Virus record (IMG/VR): IMGVR_UViG_2595698222_000001
Span: 12,031 to 76,030 of that record
Strand: one strand, 5' to 3'
Source of the DNA: a virus
Taxonomy: Duplodnaviria > Caudoviricetes
Length of the DNA stretch: 64,000 bases
Shown: positions 63,287 to 64,000 of the stretch, piece after piece
How positions within the stretch are numbered: position 1 is the first letter of the stretch
Layout of the letters: each line of letters opens with the position of its first letter
The notes under the pieces: model-generated
The model's input: only the letters and a program-made list of their open reading frames with translations
Database searches by the model: none
What the model was told of the DNA's origin: nothing
Position numbers and translations under genes: made by a program

Positions 63287-63673
63287 TATCTACATTGTTA
63301 AAAAAAGAAAACGAAATTAAAATATATTGATTTAAAGTAAATAGTAACACACTATACAACAAAACAGAGAAACGCACTGTATTTAAGCCATTTCTCTGTT
63401 ATGTGAAAAAACTGTGAATGAATGGTGTTAGCTTTTTATAAACGATTGTAGACGATTTTTACAACTATAACCGATTATAAATGAATATTCTGTTGTAGTG
63501 TCTGTCGAAGATTCTGCAGTTATCAACGTTTCGTCTTTCCCAGAGGTTGTTTTACCTCTACAAGCGGATACGCTGATGATATAGCACATAATGCTGCTAC
63601 AAATAACTTATTTTTCATATTCATTCCCCATTTCTTTTTGCAGCGCCTGGGGCCGGAGGGAGAAAGGGGAACT

Positions 63674-63847
63674 ATGGGAGAGGTACAAAATAGCTGCGAA
63701 CATTGCAAGACACTGATTGAGTATATTGGTGATATTGATGAAAACAGGGATCAATTAAATTATTGCCCGGTATGCGGTAGAAAAATTAATGAAGAGCTTC
63801 CTGAATGGAAGCAGCACTTAGAAAATCGTTTTGCAAAGGTAATTTAG
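63674..63847 (+). CDS. small zinc-ribbon protein
   Basis: CEHC...YCPVCGRK. Confidence 0.55.
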   Translation: MGEVQNSCEHCKTLIEYIGDIDENRDQLNYCPVCGRKINEELPEWKQHLENRFAKVI

Positions 63848-64000
63848 GATTTTTCTTTCTATTTAAAATGCTATTGCTAAAATAATAGCCAAGGTACAAT
63901 AAAGTACTACTCCATCAATATTCTTATTTCTCCAGCACCACAATGCCATTATCAAATCAAAAAACGTTACAATCACACGTGAAACAACAATAATAGTCAT

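Noticed and set aside
63290-63520. Prophage attachment site or right boundary
   Set aside because: AT-rich non-coding DNA with no partner repeat or adjacent integrase visible in the window
63865-63876. Near-match AAAATGCTATTG to the cassette site
   Set aside because: Two mismatches in AT-rich DNA and no NSNL frame

Overview
The window is almost entirely a long-tailed (siphovirus-type) temperate phage or prophage. The host is probably a spore-forming Clostridia/Lachnospiraceae-like bacterium; this is inferred from gene content only. Left part: replication genes (SSB, ERCC4-like nuclease, initiator with iterons, primase-helicase), four DNA methyltransferases, a frameshifted PAPS-reductase-like gene, a tyrosine recombinase, a leftward operon containing a twister ribozyme, an Xre regulator with a RelE-type toxin-antitoxin pair, and terS and terL. 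The late genes are in swapped order: a distal-tail/fibre/lysis block (34-45 kb) precedes the portal/capsid/tail-tube/tape-measure block (50-63 kb). Each block is headed by a copy of the same 40-bp promoter-like motif, and host-like genes lie between them. Main discovery: a dispersed tail-fibre tip-swapping system. Eight different 53-118 aa C-terminal cassettes each begin with the identical 12-bp site AAATAGCAATTT (read as N-S-N-L). They are stored as four convergent pairs that meet at a second, palindromic site AAATGATCATTT. One pair is fused in frame to the tail-fibre gene (40.7-41.3 kb); three apparently silent pairs lie 7-22 kb away (25.5, 47.8 and 62.8 kb). The two site types share arms but differ in core, which suggests inversion plus natural recombinase-mediated cassette exchange. 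Further findings: three morons bracketed by co-varying promoter/terminator inverted repeats, an SD-sequestering leader repeated before four DNA-modification genes, a gene nested in a C5 methylase, and several candidate ncRNAs. All calls were made by eye; no database searches were run.
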